This document shows positions 10,189 to 20,386 of a DNA stretch of 64,000 nt, one piece after another. The notes below the pieces were generated by a model, which saw only the letters and a list, made by a program, of their open reading frames with translations, ran no database searches and was not told where the DNA came from. Each line of letters begins with the position of its first letter. Within the stretch, counting starts at the first letter, position 1. This stretch comes from a virus. The position numbers and the translations under genes were made by a program. The stretch lies in the UHGV virus genome UHGV-1374671. One strand, 5' to 3'.

Positions 10189-10816
10189 AGATGTATGGAT
10201 GGGACACATCAAGGACCTGACCGGATGGGATGATTTTTCGATCAAGGTTCCTGTGATAGGTTTCCCGGACTGCAAGCAGCTGCCGCTGGGTTGGTTGGTG
10301 TCGTACACGACCACTGGCAAACACGGGTTTCAGTTCGACGTATGCACGGTCACCAAAACAGGCCAGTTGTACATGGTGCCCAGCAACGCCCCTGGAGTAT
10401 GCTTTTCGGATACCATGTACTGCCTGTCAGATCATTCTTCCAACAATCCCTGCAATTCTTATTTCTGGCATAACGAGGACAAGCAGTGGAAGTTCAAGAT
10501 AGAGGACGCTGTATTGGTGCAGAGCGTGTCGTTCGTGGACAAGGACACGCTGCTGGTGGTGTATCTGAGTTACAGCAATCAGATCGAGTCGTGCGTGGTC
10601 ACAGAACACGACGCCTGGTTTGTGGAATCCGTACATGGCGACTACATCTGGGCCCTGTGGAAAGACGGTGTGGACTGGATGGGCATAGATCATCTTGGAA
10701 ACACTGTGCGTTGCGAGCCCATATCCATTAACGGCAAGTTCAGCATAGGACCCTGGAAAAGCGGGTTCCTTCTCAATACCAATCCACTGGCGGCGTTGCC
10801 GCCCGATCTTCAATAG
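10160..10816 (+). CDS. Cys/Trp-containing hypothetical protein
   Basis: overlaps upstream stop; ATG 10160 or 10169. Confidence 0.45.
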   Translation: MSGMPNTITKDVWMGHIKDLTGWDDFSIKVPVIGFPDCKQLPLGWLVSYTTTGKHGFQFDVCTVTKTGQLYMVPSNAPGVCFSDTMYCLSDHSSNNPCNSYFWHNEDKQWKFKIEDAVLVQSVSFVDKDTLLVVYLSYSNQIESCVVTEHDAWFVESVHGDYIWALWKDGVDWMGIDHLGNTVRCEPISINGKFSIGPWKSGFLLNTNPLAALPPDLQ

Positions 10817-10825
10817 GAGGACGCA

Positions 10826-11539
10826 ATGGCGTGTTCTTGCAGAAAGCATACAAAAGAAGAGATAACCAGACCCAGGACTGTGAACATCCCGCATGTCGTG
10901 AAACCTGGAGAGTCCTGCATGTTCTGTGCGGAGAAGCATGTGGCCGTAGCCTGTGCAACGTTGCTGGCCGAGCAGCTGAGACCCTACACCAGGCAGGTCG
11001 TCATCGGGGAGCTGGAATGTGCCCGTAGGCACACCTTTCTGGAATACGGATCAGAGTGTGCCGTCATAACGGCCGCATTGAGGGCGTTTCTGTTGCGCAA
11101 TCCAGAAGCTACCGACATACTGACCGAAGCGCAGAAGGTGCTGAACAAGACGGTGTCCCGTATTGAGGCCGGAGAGGATACTGCCGGCAACCGCATGTAT
11201 GTGCCGAAGGACGGTCTGGACAGGGCAGCGCATCCTCTCATCGGGGAGCTTTACTTCTGCGCGGCATTTCGACTTGCCTTTGAGTGCGGGTACGAGTCCG
11301 TGAACCGGTCCATGATTGTCGGAGACCTGTCACTGGCCCAGGTTCACCTGTTTCGGTACAACTACAACTTTGCGGAACGTATCAGGGACATCCGGCACCG
11401 TATCCAACGCTCCGAGTTCAACAGCGTGACCAAGGATTGGATTATCCTGGCGCAGAACATGGACGTCACGCTCACTCCGAACATCGAGAAAATAACGGAA
11501 ACGTACGGGAAGGATCTGTCCTGGTATTTGGGGAATTGA
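10826..11539 (+). CDS. Cys-rich hypothetical protein (CxCxxH...CxxC N-terminus)
   Basis: RBS AGGAGGA before ATG. Confidence 0.5.
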   Translation: MACSCRKHTKEEITRPRTVNIPHVVKPGESCMFCAEKHVAVACATLLAEQLRPYTRQVVIGELECARRHTFLEYGSECAVITAALRAFLLRNPEATDILTEAQKVLNKTVSRIEAGEDTAGNRMYVPKDGLDRAAHPLIGELYFCAAFRLAFECGYESVNRSMIVGDLSLAQVHLFRYNYNFAERIRDIRHRIQRSEFNSVTKDWIILAQNMDVTLTPNIEKITETYGKDLSWYLGN

Positions 11540-11566
11540 CCTTAATGCTTCTATATGGAGGCCAAC

Positions 11567-12472
11567 ATGATTTGTATTGCAGAAAACAGCGGTGGAAAAG
11601 GTGGCGTGGCAGGCGGTGGCGGTTCCGCAGGGCAGAGTTCCGGAGTGGCATCCGGTGCGGCTGCGCACGGCTATGGATGGCCCGTGCTGGAAGTTGTGAC
11701 CGGTATGACCACCGATCTCACTGTTCAGCTTACCAAGGACTACAGCGGGGAGGTTGCCTCTGATCTGTCAGGCATAAAGCATGTCATTTTCCGCTGCCGT
11801 CCGTCCATGTGGTCCTTCAACAAGAAGATCCAGGTGGAGTGCGTGTATACTGAGGACGGTGTTGTCACAGTGCATCTCACTCCGAAAGAGCTGAACTACA
11901 ACAACGGCGTCTGGTACGCGGAGTTCCTCTGCTATGCGGACGATGAGATGAAAGTTCTGGTTCAGGACTATCGTGCGTATTTGTGCATCCGCAAGGGCAT
12001 GGACGGAAGTACCGAAGGGCCGAACACAATCACGGTCATGGACGTCAGGCTGGCGGTTATGGATACGTCTCCTGAAGCGAATTCGTTGCTCGACGACCTG
12101 GAGTTCTCCGATATGATGATCCTGCATGCAGTGGAGCGCTGTGTGAACGAATGGAACGAAACCCCGCCAGGGCTGTCCAAGACGTTCGACATGACCACGT
12201 TCCCGTACAAGGAGCATCTGATCAAGGGTGCGGTTGGCTTCCTGATGCAGGAAGTCGCCTATCGCTACACCCGGAACAGGATGCAGTATTCCGCTTCCGG
12301 GCTGCAGTTGGACACCAACGACAAGGGCCCGATGTACGTCCAGCTGGCGCAGGTCGCCAGACAGGAATGGAAGAACTTCGTCGCCCAGAAGAAGACGGAG
12401 CTCAACATGCACGAATGCTTCGGCACGTTCTCGCTGCCGTACTTCGGCAACAAATGGTACCTGGGTTGGTAA
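11567..12472 (+). CDS. Gly-rich N-terminus structural protein (neck/connector candidate)
   Basis: second ATG chosen because GGAGG lies 8 nt upstream. Confidence 0.45.
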   Translation: MICIAENSGGKGGVAGGGGSAGQSSGVASGAAAHGYGWPVLEVVTGMTTDLTVQLTKDYSGEVASDLSGIKHVIFRCRPSMWSFNKKIQVECVYTEDGVVTVHLTPKELNYNNGVWYAEFLCYADDEMKVLVQDYRAYLCIRKGMDGSTEGPNTITVMDVRLAVMDTSPEANSLLDDLEFSDMMILHAVERCVNEWNETPPGLSKTFDMTTFPYKEHLIKGAVGFLMQEVAYRYTRNRMQYSASGLQLDTNDKGPMYVQLAQVARQEWKNFVAQKKTELNMHECFGTFSLPYFGNKWYLGW

Positions 12473-12475
12473 CAG

Positions 12476-13405
12476 ATGGCAAATCCGTTTACATCATTGG
12501 AGTGCGCGATCCGGTATGACAATGCCAGGGTGCTGACCTGGGAAATGCTGCCGGGCGCCAACTATCCTCCTGATTTTATACTTCAAGTAGAAAATTCCAG
12601 GGCCGGCGGCCCATGGGAAGTACTGGCCACCGGATTGCGGGATGTATGCGCATTTGTGGATACGAGGCGCAGAAACTACAACAAGCAGATGAACGAGTAT
12701 TACCGGGTGCGTTTACTGTCCAAATGTACCGGTGACAACTGGGTGTCTGAAGTTGTGGAGTCCGGTAATTCCAAAGTGTACCCTTTCAGCACCGAAGCTC
12801 AGAATGTACTGAAACAGGTAGAGAAGGCTATCGAGTTGTCAGGATGCACCGGGGTCCTTCTGAAAAAGAAGACCTGGGGCTGCCGTTGCCCTATGTGCAC
12901 GGACTTTGACAATCAGTCCACTGTGAATGAGCACTGCCCGAACTGTTTCGGAACCGGCATCGACGGCGGTTTCTACAATGGAATAACCATGAACGTCATA
13001 AAGGATTCCATTAACTCCAGTGACGGGCCTACCGCGCATGGATACGGACAGTCCGAGATTGTTAAGGCCAGGTGCATTGCGTATCCCTGGATTCACTTTG
13101 GGGACATCTGGTGCGAGGACATCACCAACAACCGGTTCTACATCCTGGATGCCACGCCGACGTCGTCCTACAAACACATTCCGCTGATCTACTCGATCAC
13201 GATGTCCAGACTGGAGATGACGGATGCGCTCTACACTCCTCCGGCGGATGACAAGGTTCTTTTGAAGGATGTGTGGGAATCCTCGCAGGTGGAGTACACA
13301 CCGGAAACTTTGAAGAAGGAAGAAACACAGTCTGCGATCATGGCCGGCAATCCGGTGCCTCCGCCTCCGAGCGACTGGGATAAAGGACTGGGTGAATGTC
13401 TATAG
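12476..13405 (+). CDS. structural protein with C4 zinc-ribbon (CRCPMC...CPNC)
   Basis: ORF; four Cys in two CxxC pairs. Confidence 0.5.
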   Translation: MANPFTSLECAIRYDNARVLTWEMLPGANYPPDFILQVENSRAGGPWEVLATGLRDVCAFVDTRRRNYNKQMNEYYRVRLLSKCTGDNWVSEVVESGNSKVYPFSTEAQNVLKQVEKAIELSGCTGVLLKKKTWGCRCPMCTDFDNQSTVNEHCPNCFGTGIDGGFYNGITMNVIKDSINSSDGPTAHGYGQSEIVKARCIAYPWIHFGDIWCEDITNNRFYILDATPTSSYKHIPLIYSITMSRLEMTDALYTPPADDKVLLKDVWESSQVEYTPETLKKEETQSAIMAGNPVPPPPSDWDKGLGECL

Positions 13406-14067
13406 TCACAGATTACACGAAAGAGGCAACCACAAACACGATGGCTCCAGGCACCCTGCAGCAGTACCGGGCCATCCACTGGCTTCGCGGTGTGTTGCAG
13501 AACTTCATGACGGATCCGATCAACATCAAGGACGAGCGCCTCTGCGGGCTGCTCAAGATGCAGGACGGCATGAGCGATACGCAGTTGAGCGCCCTGTTCT
13601 CCGTTGGAGGTCCTTATTCTCAGAACTCGAAGAAGGCCGGTATCACTCCACAGATCCTGGTAGGCCTGGGTGCCACGTCGTACCCGATGCGCCCGATCAA
13701 TGACTTTGTAGGGGATGCTCAGGTGTCCCAGTTCGTGTACAACCCGCAGGGCGCTTCCTATCGAACCATCGAGATGACCGTGACAGTGGTCACTGAATCC
13801 TACGACGGTACGATCCTTCTTTGCGGCTTCATCGAGGACTTCCTGCTTATCAATGCCCAGGTGCTGGCTGCGGACAGCAGGATTCTGTCAACCATCAATG
13901 TGGCTGGAACCAGTGCACCGCAGGAGATCACGGCAGAACAGATCAAGAACGCAAAACCCATTTACCAGCAGGTGATCGGATTGCGTGCCACCGGAGGACT
14001 CAGCTGGACCACTGATACGCAGGGTCCGGTGTTCAGGGGCATTCATTTGTCGCAAAAACTCATTTAA
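13396..14067 (+). CDS. hypothetical tail/neck protein
   Basis: ORF immediately upstream of sheath. Confidence 0.45.
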   Translation: MSIVTDYTKEATTNTMAPGTLQQYRAIHWLRGVLQNFMTDPINIKDERLCGLLKMQDGMSDTQLSALFSVGGPYSQNSKKAGITPQILVGLGATSYPMRPINDFVGDAQVSQFVYNPQGASYRTIEMTVTVVTESYDGTILLCGFIEDFLLINAQVLAADSRILSTINVAGTSAPQEITAEQIKNAKPIYQQVIGLRATGGLSWTTDTQGPVFRGIHLSQKLI

Positions 14068-14126
14068 GTTTTACCGTGCAGCTTTATTGAAAAGTAGAAA
14101 ACGGATATCAAAGGCGCGAGCAGTGC

Positions 14127-16133
14127 ATGCTGACACCTGCTCAAGCGCAAATCGTCAGCAGAACGGGTACAATCATGGCACTTCAAAACTTTGACTTCCC
14201 CGGCGTGACTCTGAGACAGGAGTTTGCCGAGGCGTCCACTGGTACTACCAGTACGCTGGCTGTTGCCTGCGTAGGTCCGCAGTACAATCTGCACCGTGCT
14301 GACGTGGCCACTGAGGCTGCGAAGATCCCTCAGGAGAGCACTCAGTACGACCCTGACTCCGGTCTTACGGTAGCATCGCTTCCAGGCCGGGTAACGGATG
14401 CAACGCTCGACACCACTCCCAGCACCCAGCGGCTGGTGGTGAAGAACGGTGTGTTCACCTATACGGATTCACTCACTCCCACGCTCCAGGCTAACGGCAC
14501 GATCAAGTTCCCGCAGCCGGTTGCGGATGGCGGCGGTTTCACGGCCGCTGCCGCGTTCGGTACCCGGGGGGTCAAGGTGGGCGACCCGGTCATTCTGGAC
14601 TGGGGAACCACCAAGGTCAATACCGAGATCATTGGACTGGTTTCGGAAACCGGCAAGGGGTACAACACCATCGTGGTCAAGGAGCTCGACCAGCCGGATA
14701 GCGCCACACTGAGCAAAGTCAACTTCGGCGTCTATCAGGACGCTACCTTCCAGGCCGGTTCCGATACGTTCTCCATTGCGGCGAACGGAGCAATGACGAT
14801 TCAGGGCGGACTCACCGCTCCGATCAACGAGCTGTCCGGTATGGAGGGGACTCTGCAAGCCGGTGACTTCTATGTGGAGTACCGGGAGCTGACGCAGAAA
14901 TATGTCGGAAAACTGGGATCGGTTTCCAGCGCCGCCGACGTCGAGGCTGTTCTTGGCGGCGTCACTGCGGAGAACCCGCTGGCGCTGGCCACCTACTTTG
15001 CGGCGATGGCGTCCAAAGGCGTGACGGTGTACTTCTCCGCTACCCGGGACGATTCCTCGCAGTCATACCTGGACGCCATGGACTTCCTGGAAAAGTACAC
15101 TGCGGTGTACAGTGTGGTTCCGACCACGGAGGATAAGGACGTCATTCTGGCCGCCGCCGGTTCGGTGGTTGCGGTGTCCGAAGACGAGGAAAGCAAGATC
15201 CGTCGCACACTGTGGTTCGGAAACACCATCCCGGATCAGGTTCAGATCTGGGAGGGCAAGGGCACCCCGGCTGCGGTTGTCGAGGAAAATCCTCAGGTCG
15301 TCACCATGGAAGAGAACGTGTTCTACGAGCATCCGTTCCGCAAGGGCGATTACCTGATCAACAATGCCGACGGCAAGGCCTATGAAATCGCATCCACGGA
15401 CGGGATGTCCAAGGCCACGCTGGTAGCCGGTGCAGAAATTGCCGGTACGTCTCCGCTGAGTTTCCGCCTGGTGCGCGGCAACCCGCTGAACGAAGACCTG
15501 ATTGATGTGATTATCAGTCAGCGTTACGTGTCCAGCTACCGCGTTCAGTGCGTATGGGCAGACAACATCCTGTTCAACGGGGAGGTTGTCCCGAACTTCG
15601 CCGGAGCGGCAGCTGCAGCTGGTATGCGCGCTTACGAGGCTCCGCATCGTCCGCTGTCGAACCTGGGATACGTGTTCTTCTCCATCGAGGAGCCGCACGG
15701 ATTTACCCGGTCGCAGCTGAAGACCATCGGTTCCAACGGTATCTGGATCATCGCCAACAATGAAGACGGCACCCCGATCAATATGAAGCAGATCACCACC
15801 GCGATGCAGAACAACGTCAACGTCGACGAGGAAAGCATCGTGGCTAACGCAGACGAAATTGCGCTCGATCTGGTTCATGCCGGTGAGACCAGAGTCGGCA
15901 ACAGCAACATCAGCCCGGCGCTGATTGCTGCGCTCGATATGGAGATCACCACCCGCATGGAATCTCGCCTGCGGAACACCAGCGGAAGTGCTTATGTCGG
16001 TCCGCAGCTGCTCAGCTGGGAACTGCTCAACATCTATCAGGATACTGTCAATCTCGATTGGGTGTGGGCTGAGATCGAGTGCGAGCCGCCGAAACCGTTT
16101 AACAAGTTCAAAATGGTCATGCGGATCATCTAA
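14127..16133 (+). CDS. tail sheath protein (putative)
   Basis: 668 aa immediately followed by 176-aa tube-sized protein; start uncertain (ATG 14127 or 14176). Confidence 0.5.
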   Translation: MLTPAQAQIVSRTGTIMALQNFDFPGVTLRQEFAEASTGTTSTLAVACVGPQYNLHRADVATEAAKIPQESTQYDPDSGLTVASLPGRVTDATLDTTPSTQRLVVKNGVFTYTDSLTPTLQANGTIKFPQPVADGGGFTAAAAFGTRGVKVGDPVILDWGTTKVNTEIIGLVSETGKGYNTIVVKELDQPDSATLSKVNFGVYQDATFQAGSDTFSIAANGAMTIQGGLTAPINELSGMEGTLQAGDFYVEYRELTQKYVGKLGSVSSAADVEAVLGGVTAENPLALATYFAAMASKGVTVYFSATRDDSSQSYLDAMDFLEKYTAVYSVVPTTEDKDVILAAAGSVVAVSEDEESKIRRTLWFGNTIPDQVQIWEGKGTPAAVVEENPQVVTMEENVFYEHPFRKGDYLINNADGKAYEIASTDGMSKATLVAGAEIAGTSPLSFRLVRGNPLNEDLIDVIISQRYVSSYRVQCVWADNILFNGEVVPNFAGAAAAAGMRAYEAPHRPLSNLGYVFFSIEEPHGFTRSQLKTIGSNGIWIIANNEDGTPINMKQITTAMQNNVNVDEESIVANADEIALDLVHAGETRVGNSNISPALIAALDMEITTRMESRLRNTSGSAYVGPQLLSWELLNIYQDTVNLDWVWAEIECEPPKPFNKFKMVMRII

Positions 16134-16147
16134 AGGAGGCTCTCACA

Positions 16148-16678
16148 ATGAACGTCTTTACCAATCCTTACAACTCCACCCAAACCTGGTCCGCTCAGGG
16201 GGCCATTGTTACGTGGGGCGTTGGAAGCGGAGATGCCAACAGTCTCGGAGGATCTCAGATTCCGCTTATGATGCTGAATCTGAACATGTCGTATCAGCGT
16301 CAGGTTGCCAAGTTCTACCCGGTCAACGGGGATGCACAAGGCAACATGACAAAGTACAACATCAGCGGTGCCCCACAGGGCATGCTGCAGGTCGGAAGTA
16401 TTTACGGCCCGTCCAACTCCGGTCTGAGTGCATTTATTGAAGCTGTTGCCAAGGACTGCAAGCAGGACTCTGACACGGTACTGATCAAGATTCAGCCGTT
16501 TGGCAATCTGAACTGTTCCAGCTCCGGAGGTGGAAACACCTTTAACAATAGCAAGAACAGTTTCCTGCTGCGAGGTCTGGAACTGGAATCTCTCGGTATG
16601 CAGATCCAGGGCGGCGAAGTCGCTGTGGTGAACATGCCGCTGACTTTCAGCTTCACGTCTTTGGTCTGGGATATCTGA
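16148..16678 (+). CDS. tail tube protein (putative)
   Basis: 176 aa, RBS AAGGAGG, directly after sheath. Confidence 0.5.
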   Translation: MNVFTNPYNSTQTWSAQGAIVTWGVGSGDANSLGGSQIPLMMLNLNMSYQRQVAKFYPVNGDAQGNMTKYNISGAPQGMLQVGSIYGPSNSGLSAFIEAVAKDCKQDSDTVLIKIQPFGNLNCSSSGGGNTFNNSKNSFLLRGLELESLGMQIQGGEVAVVNMPLTFSFTSLVWDI

Positions 16679-16770
16679 GCTGATTAACAGTGACCTGCAC
16701 CTGGTCCCCCTTACTGCGGCCAACGCTAACGTAAGGGGGATCATTTATTTTGAACTGAAAGGGATACATT

Positions 16771-19281
16771 ATGGCGGATTCCTTGTTTGTCGGCACCATT
16801 GCTGCCAGCGCTCCTGACTACGGTGTCGTTCTGGTGTCCAGAGGACATACCACAATTGGCCTGGGCGATCTCGTAATCGCTCATCTGCCATACAGTGACG
16901 GGCAGTTCGGGGCCGTTCCCAAGATCGCGTTCCCAACAGGAACCGATGTGCTGTGCTGGCAGAACGAAAGCTCCTCTCATCTGGCTTACGTGCTGGGAGC
17001 CGCCAACAAGATGATCAGCGACAATGAGGAGTACACAGGCGGCAATCTGCTGTACCATATCGACAAGTTCCTGACCGGTGACGCCCGTGCGTTTGAGGAC
17101 ATGCTGAACGGTCTCATCAGCCAGTACAGAACCTATTTCAGGAATCACTCCCAGGGGGCCGACAGGGACATCCTTCCAGGGGACTTCGACGCACTGGATA
17201 GGGAAGGCCTGGCCGGACTGCACGTGGGTCGTCTGCTTGCCACACTGCGGGGCTCATCGGTGTCCTGCATTGACGTGTCGTCACTGACCAACGCGATACG
17301 CTCCATCGGCGTCACAATAGAGGAGCACACACTCAGGACAGAACGCGTGGTGGATAATGGCATAACGGCCAACAACAGGGCGCTGTCCACCAGTGAGGCA
17401 TTCGGCCTGAGAACCGGTGCCATTATGGAACAGTCCCCTGATGGAACCTCCTTGAGCCCAGTCAATCCCAGCGCCATACCGCTATACCGGTTCCAGTCAG
17501 TGGAAGGAGAAGCGCTACATGGGTCAGAAGATCTGGTTGTCAGTTTCCCGCAGGATACCGAGGTGCATGATTCCGGTACGGAGCCTCCTATTCTGGCCAG
17601 GGAAAGGACGGATCTTGGAGGGGCTATATCCAAAGCCAGTTCGCAAGGCATCCTAATGGCGAAGACTCCGCTCATTCCCGGCATTCATCAACTCGGATAT
17701 GGTGAGCAATCCGCGAAGTCTCCTGACAGCGGCACGTTCTACGATCTCAGGGAACCCTATGAAGCAGGAGACGAGGGCGAGGAAACCACGGAAGAAAAAG
17801 ACGCTTCACCGGAAGAGAAGGTGGACGACGCAGCACTCAACAAGCTGATTGAAACCCTGCTGTCAGAGGACTACAAGGCGCTGCTCAAGGAGAAGCTGGC
17901 TGCCAAAGGCCTGAAGCTGTCCACCATTGACAGCTCCATCTACGGCAAGATGGAGGAGCCGGATGAGATTAGCGGGATCACTACTGAAGCGGCGTATCCG
18001 TTGCCGAAGACGCTGACCCTGGTGGATCCTGCCACTGGAAACGAGCAGCTGTACTATGCGTCAGCGTCGTTCATCTCCCAGGAGTCCGACGGCAGCATCC
18101 TGATCTGTGACGGGTACGGCAGCGAGATCCGCATGTCCCGTGGTAACATCTACATCGCATCCGCACTGGATACCTTTATTCGGCCTGGCCGCGACCTAAG
18201 TGCCATGGTGCCGAGACATCAGTCGTTCAATTCGCAGGGTTCCTGTACGATCAACAGTTCGGACGCCATGTTTGTCAGAGCCGTCAACAGTCTGAAGATT
18301 GCAGGAGCCACTGGAGGTACCGGAGTGGTGACTCTGGAAAGCAAATCCACCCAGGCCGTGGACGTTCCAGGTGGTCTGGTGATCAAATCGAACTCGAATC
18401 TGTCCGTGACCGGCAAGGATCTCTATATCGGCAGAAACGCGCATGAAGGCAAAGCTCAGAACAGGGTAACCGAGCCGGAAGAACAGGGCATGATCATCCT
18501 GGACGCCGGCAGCAACGGCACCATCCTGGAGCGCAGTTTGGCACACACCATGGACTCCATGGAAGTAACGGTGGGCTCGCTGCAGGGATACAGCAACGCG
18601 GCGCTGGTGGTGAGACAGGGCAACATCGGACTCCTGGCAAGGTATGTGCAGATACCTGCGAATGTCGCTATTCAGGGCCTGAACGGACTCGCCACTGTTT
18701 CCGTCTATCGGGACGGGGACATGGTAGATCTTGCGCTGACCACATCCTCTGTATGCGGGGTCACCGTAAACGGCAGCATGATTGTGGACAAGGATTTCCA
18801 GGTCAACGACAGTATGAAGGTTGTCAACACATTGCTGGCCAAAAAGATAGGTTCTACATCCGAACTAAACGGATTGATAGAGTCCAAGGAAGCCGACAAG
18901 GTGTTCCGCAAAGAAGGGCTCGGCTCATCCGTTGCACCGTCCAGTGTCGGCCGTACCGTGTCCGGTATGCTGAAGCAGAGATCGAATACCCTGTATCAGG
19001 ATTACTTCGTGACCGGCAACCAGTTCTCGTTCCCGAAGGACTACGGGATCAGCTCCACCTTGCGTTTCCCAGGCATGGTATGGCAGGCCAGGGACTTCAG
19101 GTACAGCACATCTGAAGTGGTGTGGACAGAACAGTACATTAAGGACGCCAACAACGAGGAAACTGCTTGCTACCCAGGATATAATGTCTGGGAAGAAGCC
19201 ACGCTGTCCGTGACCGGCTATGAAACCAAAAAGCTGAAGGACAGCTACGTCATCAATGCTGAAAGGACTCCTGTAAGATGA
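16771..19281 (+). CDS. large hypothetical tail-module protein (836 aa)
   Basis: ORF between tube and chaperone genes. Confidence 0.5.
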   Translation: MADSLFVGTIAASAPDYGVVLVSRGHTTIGLGDLVIAHLPYSDGQFGAVPKIAFPTGTDVLCWQNESSSHLAYVLGAANKMISDNEEYTGGNLLYHIDKFLTGDARAFEDMLNGLISQYRTYFRNHSQGADRDILPGDFDALDREGLAGLHVGRLLATLRGSSVSCIDVSSLTNAIRSIGVTIEEHTLRTERVVDNGITANNRALSTSEAFGLRTGAIMEQSPDGTSLSPVNPSAIPLYRFQSVEGEALHGSEDLVVSFPQDTEVHDSGTEPPILARERTDLGGAISKASSQGILMAKTPLIPGIHQLGYGEQSAKSPDSGTFYDLREPYEAGDEGEETTEEKDASPEEKVDDAALNKLIETLLSEDYKALLKEKLAAKGLKLSTIDSSIYGKMEEPDEISGITTEAAYPLPKTLTLVDPATGNEQLYYASASFISQESDGSILICDGYGSEIRMSRGNIYIASALDTFIRPGRDLSAMVPRHQSFNSQGSCTINSSDAMFVRAVNSLKIAGATGGTGVVTLESKSTQAVDVPGGLVIKSNSNLSVTGKDLYIGRNAHEGKAQNRVTEPEEQGMIILDAGSNGTILERSLAHTMDSMEVTVGSLQGYSNAALVVRQGNIGLLARYVQIPANVAIQGLNGLATVSVYRDGDMVDLALTTSSVCGVTVNGSMIVDKDFQVNDSMKVVNTLLAKKIGSTSELNGLIESKEADKVFRKEGLGSSVAPSSVGRTVSGMLKQRSNTLYQDYFVTGNQFSFPKDYGISSTLRFPGMVWQARDFRYSTSEVVWTEQYIKDANNEETACYPGYNVWEEATLSVTGYETKKLKDSYVINAERTPVR

Positions 19282-20018
19282 TCGAGCAAGATATGTATGA
19301 GAAGGGACTGGAAATGATGGCAGCCGCTCATGAACAGGCAGCTGCCAGCCAGGCCAGGGAAGCCAATGCCGAACCCAAGTCGGACGACAAGGAGCAGCCC
19401 AAAAAGGACGAACCTGAACTGATGCTGTGTCCGTGCTGCAATAAGAGAACCCTGGTACGTCCTATCGAGGTGAAAGGGGAGCTGCTGGATCACTACATGG
19501 CCTGCATCCTGTCCGGAGAGCCTTTCTGGCGTGAGTACCCGATTTACAGGGGCCATATGCTGGTTACGGTGTCTCAGATCAACTCAGAGGATCAGGAGCT
19601 GATGGAAGCCGGGATCTCCTCGCTTGATTCTCTGTCCGCACTGTTGAACAAGGCCGCGAAGGTGGAACTCAACAAGCTGCAGTACCTGCAGAACCTGATC
19701 AAGCTCTACGGCAGTATCCAGACTATCAAAGTCAAGAGCAAGGACGGGTTTAAGGCGTTCCTTCCCAAATCGCATGTGCTGTCCGTCTGCGAAGGATTAA
19801 AAGACCTGGCGCTAAAACTGGTGACAGAGGAGGTCACCCCAGAGGACGCGATGCTGGAGGTGGACAAGGCGCACAAGGTGCTCACCAACCAGCAGCTGCT
19901 GTCGGCTGCCCCGCATCCGTTGCTGATGTCGGTTGTCGAGAGCCACAACTATCTGTACAATCTTCTGCTGGCGTCAGGATTCGACACAAATTTTTGGGAA
20001 GGTATCGAGTTAGCCTGA
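19278..20018 (+). CDS. tail assembly chaperone (G-like) with candidate -1 frameshift near 3' end
   Basis: position between tube and tape measure; slippery heptamer A_AAT_TTT at 19988-19994 with -1 frame open into next ORF. Confidence 0.45.
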   Translation: MIEQDMYEKGLEMMAAAHEQAAASQAREANAEPKSDDKEQPKKDEPELMLCPCCNKRTLVRPIEVKGELLDHYMACILSGEPFWREYPIYRGHMLVTVSQINSEDQELMEAGISSLDSLSALLNKAAKVELNKLQYLQNLIKLYGSIQTIKVKSKDGFKAFLPKSHVLSVCEGLKDLALKLVTEEVTPEDAMLEVDKAHKVLTNQQLLSAAPHPLLMSVVESHNYLYNLLLASGFDTNFWEGIELA

Positions 20019-20026
20019 TCCTGGCC

Positions 20027-20386
20027 ATGCCTGAATTCGATACCGCCGGTACGATTCGCAGATTCGCCAAAGACCCGAAGAATCTGGGAAACAAACAGGC
20101 ATGGAGATTTCTGCAGCGCAGAGCAAGGCTTTCTGTGAGCTGGGACGGTTTCCGCGCCGGCGGCGTGGATAATATGGAGCTGCTGTCCCAGATGCGACTG
20201 GGGGCGTATACTTCAGTCAACGACACCATATCCTCCGGGCCTTCCGGCAACGACATCACCACGGACAAAATTCTGGAAATGGATCCGAAGGAACGGGATG
20301 ACTGGTTCATCAGAATCTGCGACTCGGTGGGTGTCAAAGTTGACCCGGAAGCATTGATAAATGCACGTAAGGGTACGCAACAGTGA
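20027..20386 (+). CDS. downstream chaperone ORF (GT-like extension or separate gene)
   Basis: in the -1 frame relative to 19278..20018; frame open from 19994. Confidence 0.4.
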   Translation: MPEFDTAGTIRRFAKDPKNLGNKQAWRFLQRRARLSVSWDGFRAGGVDNMELLSQMRLGAYTSVNDTISSGPSGNDITTDKILEMDPKERDDWFIRICDSVGVKVDPEALINARKGTQQ

